Shown: positions 19,771 to 30,253, counted from the first letter of the stretch. The stretch: DNA of 64,000 bases from Methanobacteriota archaeon (GCA_002698225.1 NZWD01000004.1:20090-84089); one strand, 5' to 3'. The notes: a model not told the origin generated them from the sequence alone. Program-made: numbers and translations.

Positions 19771-20529
19771 ATGGCCCGCATTGCGGTGCTTTGCGGAACT
19801 GGCATGAGTGCCTTTGCTTCACACCTATCCTCTACTAAGGGCGCCAAATCAAGTACCCTGAGGGTTGATTCTGAGTGGGGCCAAGTTCCCGCTACTCTGG
19901 TTGATACTAGAGACGGAGAGGTCATGATAATCGACAGACACCACTCTGATTCCGACTCAAGAACTCCTCCTCATCAGATTGAACATCGTGCCAATGTGCA
20001 TGCAGCAGCGAGCTTCCAGCCCAATTTGATTCTCAGTATCAACTCTGTAGGTAGCATGCGAGAAGACCTACCCCCGGGAACCATAGGTGTTGCAGCCGAT
20101 GTCCTAGATCTAGCAGAGAAGCCATGGACATTCCATGACAAGCATGCAACACACGCCGACAGAACATCTTGCTTTGATTCGCATGCTAGTCAAACCTGTG
20201 CCAATACTCTCCACTCCGCCCAAGGACAAGTCACCTATGACCTAGTGGTGGCGCAGTGTGTCGGACCTCAATTTGAGTCTCCCTCAGAGATAGATGCTCT
20301 AGAGAGACTAGGGGCTGATGTAGTGGGAATGACTCTAGGCCCTGAGTCAAGACTCGTAGCAGAGACAGGCATTCCTCATGTAGCACTATCATGTTCTTCA
20401 AACTGGGCTGCTGGCAGAACGCCTGGCTCGCCGAAAGCCGAAATTGATCACGAGGCGGTGGATGAGATGGCAGCATCGATGCGAGAGAGGGTGGATGAGT
20501 GCGTGAAGGCCCTGTTATCCAGCGGGTGA
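19771..20529 (+). CDS. MTAP-family purine nucleoside phosphorylase
   Basis: GTG, RH...PPH, GPQFES-x-SE, GADVVGMT, SNWAAG. Confidence 0.88.
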   Translation: MARIAVLCGTGMSAFASHLSSTKGAKSSTLRVDSEWGQVPATLVDTRDGEVMIIDRHHSDSDSRTPPHQIEHRANVHAAASFQPNLILSINSVGSMREDLPPGTIGVAADVLDLAEKPWTFHDKHATHADRTSCFDSHASQTCANTLHSAQGQVTYDLVVAQCVGPQFESPSEIDALERLGADVVGMTLGPESRLVAETGIPHVALSCSSNWAAGRTPGSPKAEIDHEAVDEMAASMRERVDECVKALLSSG

Positions 20530-20533
20530 TTAC

Positions 20534-20866
20534 TTGGAGAGTGACACTAGGAACGGACTCCTACTTATCGCTGTGTCATTGATAATGCTCCCTGTGATGA
20601 TGGATCTAATGCAGTATCACGATGATGCTTCTGACGAGTATGAGCGAGAGTGTGATATTAATTACAGAATCCTGATTCTAGACAACAACGATCCTATCGA
20701 CGCAGCACAGTGCGAAGAGTTAGAGGATGAGATGTCGAAAAGGCTGGTCTACTTCATCGGATCAATGGTAATTTTCGTACTATCGGGACTTTGCGGCATT
20801 GCGTTAGTACTGCCGCAAGGCGACAACGGCCGTAGGCAACCACCGATGGGCGGACAACTACGTTGA
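20534..20866 (+). CDS. Small two-TM membrane protein
   Basis: Two hydrophobic segments flanking an acidic loop with two Cys; fills operon gap. Confidence 0.65.
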   Translation: MESDTRNGLLLIAVSLIMLPVMMDLMQYHDDASDEYERECDINYRILILDNNDPIDAAQCEELEDEMSKRLVYFIGSMVIFVLSGLCGIALVLPQGDNGRRQPPMGGQLR

Positions 20867-20891
20867 TGGGTCGCGACTTCTAGCGACTGAC

Positions 20892-21287
20892 ATGGCAAGA
20901 CCGGTGAATGTAGACGATTGGATTCAGATTGAAGCTCAGGATAGCCCTGACGGCTCATGGTATACGATGATGTCTAGAGTCGCTGCTTTCCATCACAAGC
21001 ACGATTTCGCATCAAAGGAGAACCACGGTCACGATATGGGCTACAGGGTGGCATTGACTGTCGAGGAACTGGGTGAGTTCGCAGCTGCGATAACTAAGGG
21101 TAAGCCCGACGAGGAGGCCGCCGAAGAACTGGCGGATTTACTGATACTGGTTCTGGGCCACTCACTTGCAATGAAAATCGATCTTGAGACCGAGTTCCAC
21201 AAGAAGATGGATCGGATTATGACTAGAGATGCGCGCAGAGGTAGACTAGGTATTCGCGTCACAGAGTACACGGGGGAAAAATCATAG
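20892..21287 (+). CDS. MazG-like nucleotide pyrophosphohydrolase
   Basis: EELGE...EELAD all-alpha NTP-PPase motif. Confidence 0.85.
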   Translation: MARPVNVDDWIQIEAQDSPDGSWYTMMSRVAAFHHKHDFASKENHGHDMGYRVALTVEELGEFAAAITKGKPDEEAAEELADLLILVLGHSLAMKIDLETEFHKKMDRIMTRDARRGRLGIRVTEYTGEKS

Positions 21288-21397
21288 AAGTATAAGGCCA
21301 TTCTCAAATCTACAATTATACAATATTCTTCTATCTATAAACGATGTACTGAGACACTATTAGAACTACTTATATTGTACACAACCCTCACCTATTT

Positions 21398-22180
21398 ATG
21401 TTCCGGGCGTTGGAAGAAGCATTGGCGGGATTACCAGCACCCACTAGCCCTAAAACAAATCATGGAGGTAACAATCCAAAGCTAGTTCCGCCCAACGAGG
21501 GAGTAGTAAACAAAGAGTGCAGTTTGGCATTGTGCAAAAGATATGAAAAGATATACACAAATCTGTCTGCAAAATCAATGAAACCTGCGACTAAGGTGGG
21601 TACTCACCATGGATTGTTTTCAGGTCGAAGTTATGATGTTGGATTTGGGCCTAATGATTCAGATTTTCCTCAACATGCAATTGAAAATAAAGTCCTGCCG
21701 AGTGAAAATTCTGGAGGGTGGCAGACAATCCGTGGCTTTCTCGGAGCAACTTTACTTACTGCTGTTGATTCAAATCAGAACCCAAATACAAACTATCATG
21801 CAGTCCTTGTATTGCCAACATCTGAATACTCTCGTGATACTCGTTCGATGCGCTGTTTGAAAGCTACAGTCGGTAAACAATTAGAACTAGTTATTGAACC
21901 GTCAATTGCTTCGACAGATAAAACTGGTTTTCACGAAGCATACAATGAACATTTTACTGTAATTAAGCCCAAAACTCGAGGGCATATTGGTGCGATGTTT
22001 GCCAAGTTTCCAAGTCACGCCAGCTCGTTCGTAGGACTCTATCGCAGAAGGGGCGTACTAAGAGCGAAGTGGGATGTCAGTACTGTTATTGGTGGCGAAT
22101 ACACGGCTATAGTGCATTCCGTTAGCTCATTCGACGCCGATTTGCCAGATGGAATCACTCTAGAATATTGGTGGCCCTAA
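21398..22180 (+). CDS. Hypothetical protein, possible PD-(D/E)xK nuclease
   Basis: AT-richer codon usage; SYDVGFG...AIENKV. Confidence 0.55.
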   Translation: MFRALEEALAGLPAPTSPKTNHGGNNPKLVPPNEGVVNKECSLALCKRYEKIYTNLSAKSMKPATKVGTHHGLFSGRSYDVGFGPNDSDFPQHAIENKVLPSENSGGWQTIRGFLGATLLTAVDSNQNPNTNYHAVLVLPTSEYSRDTRSMRCLKATVGKQLELVIEPSIASTDKTGFHEAYNEHFTVIKPKTRGHIGAMFAKFPSHASSFVGLYRRRGVLRAKWDVSTVIGGEYTAIVHSVSSFDADLPDGITLEYWWP

Positions 22181-22189
22181 GTCGGGAAA

Positions 22190-22609
22190 CTATGTTTTTG
22201 CCCTTAACAGATCATCGAGTGAAGGCCGCACCCCGGGTCTCCAATCTGCAATCCATAGGCTGAGCAATATCCCTCCTATCTGGGCAAACATTCTGATTAC
22301 ATGTCCAGTAGGGGAAAGAGAAGCTCCATCTCCGAGTTCCACATCATAGACCCACATGTAGAGATTGGCCGGATACAGCGCCACTAGAAGAGCTGCGCTG
22401 GCATATCCGCCAATTTTCCTCGTCCTTGGTAGAATCAAACAGATTCCAACCGCTATCTCAACAACTCCACTAGCCAGTACCCAGAAGGTCGCAGACCCCA
22501 TTATTGGAGGGACAATTGGCTCAAACCAACTCGTATCTGTGAAGTGCAGTACTCCTGCGTAGGTGAAGAACAGGCCACCGGCTAGGGCAAACAGCCAACG
22601 CAGATCCAT
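22190..22609 (-). CDS. DoxX/MauE-like membrane protein
   Basis: AGVLHF...IVPP...SGVVEI...YPANLYM; start chosen at MDLRW. Confidence 0.82.
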   Translation of the reverse strand: MDLRWLFALAGGLFFTYAGVLHFTDTSWFEPIVPPIMGSATFWVLASGVVEIAVGICLILPRTRKIGGYASAALLVALYPANLYMWVYDVELGDGASLSPTGHVIRMFAQIGGILLSLWIADWRPGVRPSLDDLLRAKT

Positions 22610-22610
22610 G

Positions 22611-23120
22611 TCATCCCCGGGTCCAGATAGAATATGTGGAGGCGAACTCGTTATTCTCATCCGCCGTGACTCTCTCTACCACTTTCTCAGACCATTCTTT
22701 CCTGTCCCAATCAGGGAACCTAACCTCACCACTGCTATCTGTGTGCACAATGGTCGCGTGAATCTCCTCAACCCTATCTAGAAACATTTCGTAGACCTGC
22801 GCTCCCCCAATCACCCAACACTCGTCACTTCCTTCAGCATAAGCCAACTCGATTGCTCGGCCGACATACAGAGCAGTCTCAGCACCCTTGGCTTGCCAGT
22901 TCGTGTCACGCGACATCACAATGTTGACTCGCTCAGGTAGTGGTCTGAAGGTATCTGGCAGGGAATCCCAGGTCTTCCTGCCCATAATTACCGAATTGAA
23001 TCCATCTCCCTCTGTCAGACTCTTGAAGCGGGTCATGTCACTCGCCAGTCTCCAAGGGAGTTGGTTGCCTCTTCCGATGAAACCTTCCTCGTCCATGGCT
23101 ACTATCATCGCCATCTTCAT
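22611..23120 (-). CDS. folA: Dihydrofolate reductase
   Basis: IGRGNQLPW, IMGRKTWDSL, RPLPER, VIGGAQVY. Confidence 0.96.
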   Translation of the reverse strand: MKMAMIVAMDEEGFIGRGNQLPWRLASDMTRFKSLTEGDGFNSVIMGRKTWDSLPDTFRPLPERVNIVMSRDTNWQAKGAETALYVGRAIELAYAEGSDECWVIGGAQVYEMFLDRVEEIHATIVHTDSSGEVRFPDWDRKEWSEKVVERVTADENNEFASTYSIWTRG

Positions 23121-23129
23121 TGGCTCACC

Positions 23130-23924
23130 TCAAACAGAAATCGGGGCCGAGATATGTGGATGGTGGTTGTAGTCCAATATCTCGATTTTCTCGTAGGAGA
23201 AGTCGTCTATCGACTTCACATCCGGGTCAAGCCTCAGAGCCGGAAGCTCAAGTGGTACGCGACCAATCTGCTCGCGGGCTTGGTCTAGGTGGTTGAGGTA
23301 CAGATGACAATCCCCACCAGTCCAGACGAATTCGCCAGGCTCGAGGTCACAAACTTGAGCCATCATGCAAGTTAGCAGACTGTACGAAGAGATGTTGAAG
23401 GGTACTCCGAGAAAAGCATCTGCACTTCTCTGGTATAGTTGGCATGACAACTTACCATCGTTGACATAGAACTGGAAGAAGGCATGGCATGGCATTAGTG
23501 CCATCTCGTCGAGTTCTCCAACATTCCATGCCGAGACAATGATTCGTCGGCTATTCGGATTGTTCTTGATTAGATCTATAGCATTCTCAATCTGATCGAC
23601 CACAGTGCCGTCATCGGCCTCCCACTTCCTCCATTGCTTTCCATATACTGGACCTAGGTTACCGTCTTCGTCTGCCCACTCGTTCCAGATTCTAACCTTA
23701 TTCTCTTGTAGGTAACTAACATTGGTATCTCCTGATAGGAACCAGAGTAACTCATGGATGATGCTCGGCCAGTGTACCTTCTTGGTGGTCACCGCAGGAA
23801 AACCATCAGACAGATCAAACCTCATCTGGTGGCCGAATACCGAGATTGTACCAGTTCCCGTACGGTCACCTTTTTGCTCGCCCTCAGCGAGAATGCGACG
23901 CAGGAAATCGAGATACTGCTGCAT
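23130..23924 (-). CDS. thyA: Thymidylate synthase (ThyA, E. coli-like)
   Basis: [37 protein letters not shown]. Confidence 0.98.
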   Translation of the reverse strand: MQQYLDFLRRILAEGEQKGDRTGTGTISVFGHQMRFDLSDGFPAVTTKKVHWPSIIHELLWFLSGDTNVSYLQENKVRIWNEWADEDGNLGPVYGKQWRKWEADDGTVVDQIENAIDLIKNNPNSRRIIVSAWNVGELDEMALMPCHAFFQFYVNDGKLSCQLYQRSADAFLGVPFNISSYSLLTCMMAQVCDLEPGEFVWTGGDCHLYLNHLDQAREQIGRVPLELPALRLDPDVKSIDDFSYEKIEILDYNHHPHISAPISV

Positions 23925-23977
23925 ATGCCTACTGCGCTGTGCACCGGTAGTCCATCAAGGATGCGGCTTGAGTTCCA

Positions 23978-24739
23978 CTAGGGTGCGCCCATCTGCCGCA
24001 TAGTCTCAATCAATTGATCTGTGAACCTACGGTACATACTACTCATCTCATCTTCGGAATCAGATAATCGTCCGATGTCACCATCCGACAAACCTCCTCC
24101 TTGCTCAGATGCAGCCCATTGGGCGAAATTGATTGGCTCATCAATTCTGACTTCGACCCTCTCCCATAGTCTGATCATCTTGGAACCAGGACTCATCATA
24201 TTCTGTGTACCAACCATCACCATTGGGACTACTGGCACATCAGGAAAGCGTGCGGCGAGTCGAGCGACCCCAGTCTTACCTCTCTGTAGATAAGGCGGAT
24301 CGCGCTTGCGGCTGCGAGTACCTTCTGGATAGATTCCTAACGCAAGCCCCGCATCGAGAACATCAACTGCTCTGGCTAGAGCATCTCTTGCACCAGTCTC
24401 TCTGAATGTCTCTATCTGACCAGTACTGGTCATTACAAGGCGCTTTAGTGGATTCTCGAAGTTCTCTTTCTTCGACAGAAAGTGAATTGGCCGACGAGCC
24501 GCTTGAACCATGAATATAGGATCGAGGTTGGAGATGTGATTGCTGACAACTATTACAGGTCCATTACGAGGAATCCTAGAGAGGCCGTGGAATCTGACAT
24601 CTGTGAAACTGCGAATAGAGGTCGCTAGAACGGCGATAACAAATTGATAGACCGCAGGAGAGCGAAATGGAGTACCAGTCCCCTCCATCTTAACTGCACT
24701 GGAGATCGATACCAAAGACTCAGAACTCAGCCCACCCAT
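23978..24739 (-). CDS. plsC: Lysophospholipid acyltransferase (PlsC family)
   Basis: NHISNLD (HX4D) and YPEGTRS motifs. Confidence 0.88.
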   Translation of the reverse strand: MGGLSSESLVSISSAVKMEGTGTPFRSPAVYQFVIAVLATSIRSFTDVRFHGLSRIPRNGPVIVVSNHISNLDPIFMVQAARRPIHFLSKKENFENPLKRLVMTSTGQIETFRETGARDALARAVDVLDAGLALGIYPEGTRSRKRDPPYLQRGKTGVARLAARFPDVPVVPMVMVGTQNMMSPGSKMIRLWERVEVRIDEPINFAQWAASEQGGGLSDGDIGRLSDSEDEMSSMYRRFTDQLIETMRQMGAP

Positions 24740-24815
24740 GTTTCTCCAGCTTCACGGACGCTTATTGTGTTACTCGCAAGCAGTAGTTTATGTCTGCGTA
24801 CCATTGCCAATGCCC

Positions 24816-25913
24816 ATGGGCAACAGGTCTTTTCGGGCGACATTGATACTTGTTCTTCTACTCACATCCATTAGTGCACCCGCGGTAGCCGGAGAGTGGT
24901 CTGATGATACTTGGCTAGAGAATATAATCGGTCCCGAGAGGATAGCCAATGGGGATGAGTTCGGATGTCAAGGCTACGAGGGAATTTCTACAACCGAAGA
25001 GAACTGGGTCATCGAGGCTTGCAGGGACTATCTTTTGGAAAGCACCAACGCATCTAGGTGGGGCATTGCTCCCGTGTCTTTCGGCATATCCGGACAAAAT
25101 CTCGATGAGGAGACGGCTGAACAGTTGACTGTGTCCGGTTTCATGATTGTCGGCGATATGCTGAGTGATGTTCCAGAGGGGCTAATTTCAGTCACCAGAA
25201 ACGGAGCCAGCCTTGAGAAGGGAGTGGCCGACACCTCTCTGATTCAATCTGCAGAGGAAGATACGCTTGTCAGTATCTATTGGAGGGCTAGAATTGATGA
25301 TCTCAGAGTCAGAGAGGACAAGGATGCAATCGCTTGGCTGGAGCAGCAGCAACTATGGCTCACTACTTGGGGAGAGTGGAACCTGCACCGCATTGCCGGA
25401 GAGTCCACTATTGCCAATCTGGAAGGCTCGCGGATTACTTCCGTCTCTCAGCCCGCTAGCACATGGTCTGTTCCTGGGACGATTAGACTAAAGTTCGATA
25501 CGGAAGTATCCGGAGTTTACAACTCGTCAGGAGAGCAGTATCCGGTAATTTCATCTGATTCTCGAAAGTTGGAAACAGGTTGGAGGCAGATTGAGGAAGG
25601 AATCTTGCTGACCCAGGCCCCTGGGACTTCAATCACAATCGAGCTTGAAAGGGAGCCAGACTCGGTAACGAGCTCCCCTGTAGTTACCTTCAACGATCAT
25701 CACCACGCTGTCACAGTCGTCGGACACCACACTACCAATCTGTTCCAGTGGACTACTGATTTTGTGAACTCTGAGTTAGTATTCACATGGCTGATAGAGA
25801 GGCCTGCCGGAATCGAGCGTAGCTGGTTCCTACCCGCTCTCGCTCTGACCATACTGATTGCGGTACCCGTTACCATCAGATATCTAGTCAAGAAGGACAT
25901 CGAGGCCCAATAG
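24816..25913 (+). CDS. Secreted, C-terminally membrane-anchored hypothetical protein
   Basis: Signal peptide MGNRSFRATLILVLLL; C-terminal TM; WLTTWGEW motif; start uncertain. Confidence 0.7.
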   Translation: MGNRSFRATLILVLLLTSISAPAVAGEWSDDTWLENIIGPERIANGDEFGCQGYEGISTTEENWVIEACRDYLLESTNASRWGIAPVSFGISGQNLDEETAEQLTVSGFMIVGDMLSDVPEGLISVTRNGASLEKGVADTSLIQSAEEDTLVSIYWRARIDDLRVREDKDAIAWLEQQQLWLTTWGEWNLHRIAGESTIANLEGSRITSVSQPASTWSVPGTIRLKFDTEVSGVYNSSGEQYPVISSDSRKLETGWRQIEEGILLTQAPGTSITIELEREPDSVTSSPVVTFNDHHHAVTVVGHHTTNLFQWTTDFVNSELVFTWLIERPAGIERSWFLPALALTILIAVPVTIRYLVKKDIEAQ

Positions 25914-25916
25914 ATT

Positions 25917-26984
25917 TCATTCACCTATTCTAGGGCCTTGAATTATCGCCTTCTCGCTAATCATCCTCTCTACTATGCGCGCTACGACTTCAGGAGGTAG
26001 TACTTCGGGAGGATGCACTCCGAGTGGAACTATGCCATCGTCCTGCAACCACTCTTCGATACAGAAAGCAGTCACCATGCCCGTACTGCGAGCCATAGAG
26101 GAACCATCATCACGAGCATAATCGGCATATCTCCAAACCATCTGCTTTCCATCGTGCCCCTCAGCCATGACCTCCATCCATGTGAACTCAGGAATCTTGT
26201 GATCGTACCACCACTCTCGAAGTAACTCATCTTCATCGAGTTCCCCTGAGTCTCTTTCGTCGATGAAGCGCTGAATGTGGCCGGGCCAGCGTATCGTGTA
26301 CTCAGACATCTCTACGGCTGGAATCGTTTCCAGTAGACTGCGCAGACCATCAGTTAGAAAAGCCTCCATTTGACCATGTTCTGGAACTTCGATAAAATGT
26401 CTTTCGGAGAGTGCAGGGAGAACTACTTCACCTCCGTCTCTGATGACTCTAGCGGGTCTGGTATACTCTGCAATGACATCTTTTGGTGAAAATGGAGCCA
26501 TATAACTCCAGCCAGGAGTAGGTCCAGTTGGATTGCCACCAACTCTAATTTCGGCTTTTGAGAGAGGCCCGAGGACTCGGTACCCCTCCGCTAGAAGCAT
26601 ATTCGACAAACCGGGTGCAATTCCGACATCCCAAAGCACCTTCACACCCCAGTCTTCGGCAAACTGGTGGTAACGATTAGGAGATTCATCACTAAAACTC
26701 AAGTCAACTATCCTAGTGAAAGTATCGTGATTACCACAAAGTACTCTCATCCCAATCTTACCTATTTCTCCGGGAAGCATGTTGACTACTAAGTCAACTT
26801 CAGAGCGGTCAATTTCTTCGCAGTAGTCCAGTGCGTCTTCATGATGGATAGTAATCCCGGGGTATCCAATTACCTTGGGTTTAGGCTGCATGTCGATTAC
26901 ATGTATGTCGTGTCCGGCATCAGCTAACCTACATGCAACATAGGATCCAACGAGCCCCGCACCAAGACAATGTATGACCGCCAC
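25917..26984 (-). CDS. Saccharopine dehydrogenase / lysine 6-dehydrogenase family
   Basis: GAGLVG Rossmann, DVGIAPGLSN, EYTIRWPGH, SMARSTG. Confidence 0.88.
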   Translation of the reverse strand: MAVIHCLGAGLVGSYVACRLADAGHDIHVIDMQPKPKVIGYPGITIHHEDALDYCEEIDRSEVDLVVNMLPGEIGKIGMRVLCGNHDTFTRIVDLSFSDESPNRYHQFAEDWGVKVLWDVGIAPGLSNMLLAEGYRVLGPLSKAEIRVGGNPTGPTPGWSYMAPFSPKDVIAEYTRPARVIRDGGEVVLPALSERHFIEVPEHGQMEAFLTDGLRSLLETIPAVEMSEYTIRWPGHIQRFIDERDSGELDEDELLREWWYDHKIPEFTWMEVMAEGHDGKQMVWRYADYARDDGSSMARSTGMVTAFCIEEWLQDDGIVPLGVHPPEVLPPEVVARIVERMISEKAIIQGPRIGE

Positions 26985-27081
26985 GGTTCGACGAGCCCGT
27001 TTCTCGTATTCTGTCTAACGGTCGCACTCTGAGGCCTGTGAACGGCGATGCCTTGATTGAGGGAATCGCAGGCCAAGGGGC

Positions 27082-28461
27082 ATGGCTGGCGCAGGGCGCA
27101 TAGACCCGTGGTCGTCCGAACAGTCGCAGGACTATGCTAGGATAATCGACCAGTTTGGTCTCGGCTCGATAGATATCCCGAGCATCCCTAATCCTGGAAT
27201 GTTGCATCGAAGAGGGATCGTATTCGCACACCGTGATCTCGATGTAGTTCTTGGTTGCATGAAACGTTCCGAGCCGTTCGGAGTTCTGACCGGCCTGATG
27301 CCCAGTGGTAGAATGCATCTGGGCCATTCCATGGTAATAGATCAGGTCAAGTGGTTCCAAGATCAGGGAGCTGATATCACGGTCACAGTCGCTGATCTAG
27401 AGGCTTTGGCCACACGGGGAACCTCTCTCGAGACTGGTAGGAGAACTGCCATTGAGGAGTATGTACTCAACTATGCTGCAATGGGTCTCGATCCTGAGAA
27501 CACCAATGTGTACTTCCAAAGCTCTCGTCCCGAAGTGCAACGATTAGCCTTCACTCTCGGTAGAAGAACCAATCTTTCTGAGTTTGAAGCAATCTATGGA
27601 TTTGAGGGTGAGACCAATCTTGCCCATGTCCAAGCTCCACTAGTCCAGGTGGGTGATATCATACACCCTCAACTCGATGAGTTCGGAGGATTAAGGCCAA
27701 TTGTAGTCCCCGTTGGTATAGACCAAGATCCTCACATTCGACTGACCCGTGGAATTGCCGGCAAGACTCATTGGTTCAATGTCAAACCACGTCACAAAGG
27801 AGGCGTGACAGTTGCTCTATCAGTGCAGGAGGGAAATCAAGATGCTCTGGGAGTCATATCAGGAAAGGTAGACACTGATTCGAGGCAGTCTTTGTTCGAG
27901 CGAATATCTTCGGCCCTCTCCCCTTTGGGTTACTCCGACCAAATTGCAAATCAAAAGCATGGAACGCTTGAGATACCAGGTGCCAGCATAGATGACATAC
28001 CAAGAATCCGGATGTGCCTGCTCGCTCTGGAGCGAGAGATGGGTGGCATGGGTCTTATGCCGCCTTGCTCAACCTACCACCGCTTCGCAGTGGGCCTCAC
28101 TGGAGACAAGATGTCCTCATCACAACCCGAGACTACCATCTTCATGGACGAAGCGTTTGAGGATCTCGAGCGAAAAATCAAGAGGTCTTTCAGCGGTGGT
28201 CAGCCTACCATTGAGGAGCATCGTAGATTGGGTGGTGACTGCTCTAAGGATGTGGCATTCCAGTATCTACAGTTCTTCTTCGAGCAGGATGATAATGCTT
28301 TGCTGGAGATAAAGTCAGATTACGAAAGTGGTCGAATGCTTGCAGGAGAGATGAAACAGGCCTGCATCGACAAAGCATGGGAGTGGCTACAGGAACTGGC
28401 AGAGCGCAGAGCCATGTGGTCTGACCGATTGGATGAGTTTCTAGCACCCGACGCACTCTAG
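27082..28461 (+). CDS. trpS: Tryptophan--tRNA ligase
   Basis: PSGRMHLGH, PVGIDQDPH, KMSSS. Confidence 0.96.
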   Translation: MAGAGRIDPWSSEQSQDYARIIDQFGLGSIDIPSIPNPGMLHRRGIVFAHRDLDVVLGCMKRSEPFGVLTGLMPSGRMHLGHSMVIDQVKWFQDQGADITVTVADLEALATRGTSLETGRRTAIEEYVLNYAAMGLDPENTNVYFQSSRPEVQRLAFTLGRRTNLSEFEAIYGFEGETNLAHVQAPLVQVGDIIHPQLDEFGGLRPIVVPVGIDQDPHIRLTRGIAGKTHWFNVKPRHKGGVTVALSVQEGNQDALGVISGKVDTDSRQSLFERISSALSPLGYSDQIANQKHGTLEIPGASIDDIPRIRMCLLALEREMGGMGLMPPCSTYHRFAVGLTGDKMSSSQPETTIFMDEAFEDLERKIKRSFSGGQPTIEEHRRLGGDCSKDVAFQYLQFFFEQDDNALLEIKSDYESGRMLAGEMKQACIDKAWEWLQELAERRAMWSDRLDEFLAPDAL

Positions 28462-29042
28462 GACAAGTCGTCCGCGTCGAAAACCGGGACCTTTGGGCCC
28501 GAATCCAACAATGAAATCTCCTCTTCGGAGAGTTCACGCGGAACAGCATCATCATGCAGAATCTGGCTATGGCCCATAGGATCCAGCAATTGCAACTCTA
28601 CAGAGTAGTCGCCTGACCTAACGCGTGACAGCACTGCCAGTAAATCAGCGCATTGAGAGGCAACCTCTCCTTCAGCACCCCTCTGTAAGGAAACGATAAC
28701 TTCCTCAAATCGAGATAGTACTCCCTCTATGTTGGAGACATAGCCAGTTGAAGCACCACCCGGTAAAGCCTCCAAATCCAATTCGACAAGCCGCACCGTG
28801 CACGAGCCTGAGCGGACTATGCGCGTAGACATGTGCTCTGTTGAGTCGATTAGTAGACTCCATCCTCCCGGTTTCCTACCTTCAGCAGGTATGAAGTCCG
28901 TATGCTTCCATCCGCACGAGTCGCAGAGCACTGTAAGTTGAGTATGCTCACCGAAGTAGGGTATCTCTGTAGTGTGGGCAATCATGGTCAGGCCACTATC
29001 TGAGTCGCAAACCAGACAAGGTTGCTCAATCCTGCTCTCCAT
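28458..29042 (-). CDS. ZPR1 zinc-finger domain protein
   Basis: CLVC...EIPYFGE...CDSCGWK, SNIEGVL, DPMGHS. Confidence 0.9.
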   Translation of the reverse strand: MESRIEQPCLVCDSDSGLTMIAHTTEIPYFGEHTQLTVLCDSCGWKHTDFIPAEGRKPGGWSLLIDSTEHMSTRIVRSGSCTVRLVELDLEALPGGASTGYVSNIEGVLSRFEEVIVSLQRGAEGEVASQCADLLAVLSRVRSGDYSVELQLLDPMGHSQILHDDAVPRELSEEEISLLDSGPKVPVFDADDLS

Positions 29043-29049
29043 ATTGGCC

Positions 29050-29466
29050 TCAGTAGTACGCAGAAGGACCTCTTTCGGGCCCCTTGACACTCTCGAAATC
29101 ATTTGGTAATAGTAGTAGTCTAGTATCGCCTAGTCTGACGACTTCTCCCGAGATATCATCCTCGACGAAGTCACGAATCCTCTCAACTGCAGTTTGTAAC
29201 TCCAACTGACGTGTGAGCAGATTACTCATCTCGACTATCACTAGATCACCGTCAGAGATCCAATCCATAACTCTTGAGACACCTGTAATGTCATCGAGCA
29301 CTGCTCTATGGACAATTGCATCTCTAATTCCTCGGGGTACCGGAGCATCCGGATAACGCTCACCAAGATCGTGGTAGTTCTGACCTGGCTCCAAGATGAA
29401 ACCAGGAGCATCGCTGACACTGGGCATCTCTATCCACCGAGGCTCACCAGCATCACCTCTGGCCAT
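29050..29466 (-). CDS. sepF: Archaeal cell-division protein SepF
   Basis: GDLVIVEM...GEVVRLG..RLLLLP core; sepF-ZPR1 adjacency is a known archaeal arrangement; start uncertain. Confidence 0.75.
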   Translation of the reverse strand: MARGDAGEPRWIEMPSVSDAPGFILEPGQNYHDLGERYPDAPVPRGIRDAIVHRAVLDDITGVSRVMDWISDGDLVIVEMSNLLTRQLELQTAVERIRDFVEDDISGEVVRLGDTRLLLLPNDFESVKGPERGPSAYY

Positions 29467-29593
29467 GACCGGGCGCATTTGCACATCGTCTTGACTTCTG
29501 CGGTGCTGTATCATCGCAAATCACGATTAGATGCCTTTGCCACATTATCCAGTCTTCAATCCCGTCGCATTGATAAGGGTCCTGAATCGAGAC

Positions 29594-30253
29594 ATGTTCG
29601 CTGGGAGTTCAGCAGCAGGTGAAATCTTGAACGAGAGCGCTGACGTAGTCAAGACAGGTACCAGTACATTGGGCATCACATTCGATGGAGGAGTCGTAGT
29701 CGGCGCCGACCATAGGGCTACGATGGGCCATTTCATCGCAAACAAGAGCGTTCAGAAGCTGTTCAAGATATCAAATTCAGTCGCACTGACTACTGCGGGC
29801 CTAGTTGGGCACGCCCAATCGCTTTCACGCACACTCACCGCTGAACTTCGGCTTTACGAACTCAATCACGGTAAGCCAATGACTGTCAAGGGGGCCGCCA
29901 CCCTAACTGCCAACATATTGGTCGGCCGACCTCACTATGTCCAACTCCTCATTGTCGGTGTTGATGGTTCAGGCTCCAGTGTATACAGTATCGACTCTGC
30001 AGGTGGTTCCATTCCCGATGCATACTGCGCCACAGGATCGGGTAGCCCGTACATGTACGGTGTTCTCGAGGACCAGTTCTCTGAGGGAATGTCTCAAGAC
30101 GAGGCCCTCAAGGTAGCTGCAAAAGCCCTACTAGCTTCGGCTCAGAGGGATGCAGCCAGTGGCAATGGAATGGATTTGGCAGTCATCACCGCCGAAGACG
30201 GTTTCCAACAGATGTCTGAGGATGAGGTTTCCAACCTCATATCCTCAATCTAG
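29594..30253 (+). CDS. psmB: Proteasome subunit beta
   Basis: KTG|TSTLG autoprocessing site, ADHRATMG, ATGSGSPY. Confidence 0.95.
   Translation: MFAGSSAAGEILNESADVVKTGTSTLGITFDGGVVVGADHRATMGHFIANKSVQKLFKISNSVALTTAGLVGHAQSLSRTLTAELRLYELNHGKPMTVKGAATLTANILVGRPHYVQLLIVGVDGSGSSVYSIDSAGGSIPDAYCATGSGSPYMYGVLEDQFSEGMSQDEALKVAAKALLASAQRDAASGNGMDLAVITAEDGFQQMSEDEVSNLISSI

Noticed and set aside
27770-28050. ~100-aa insertion in TrpRS
   Set aside because: Long-form TrpRS with an insert before the KMSSS region is, to my recall, common in several euryarchaeal lineages
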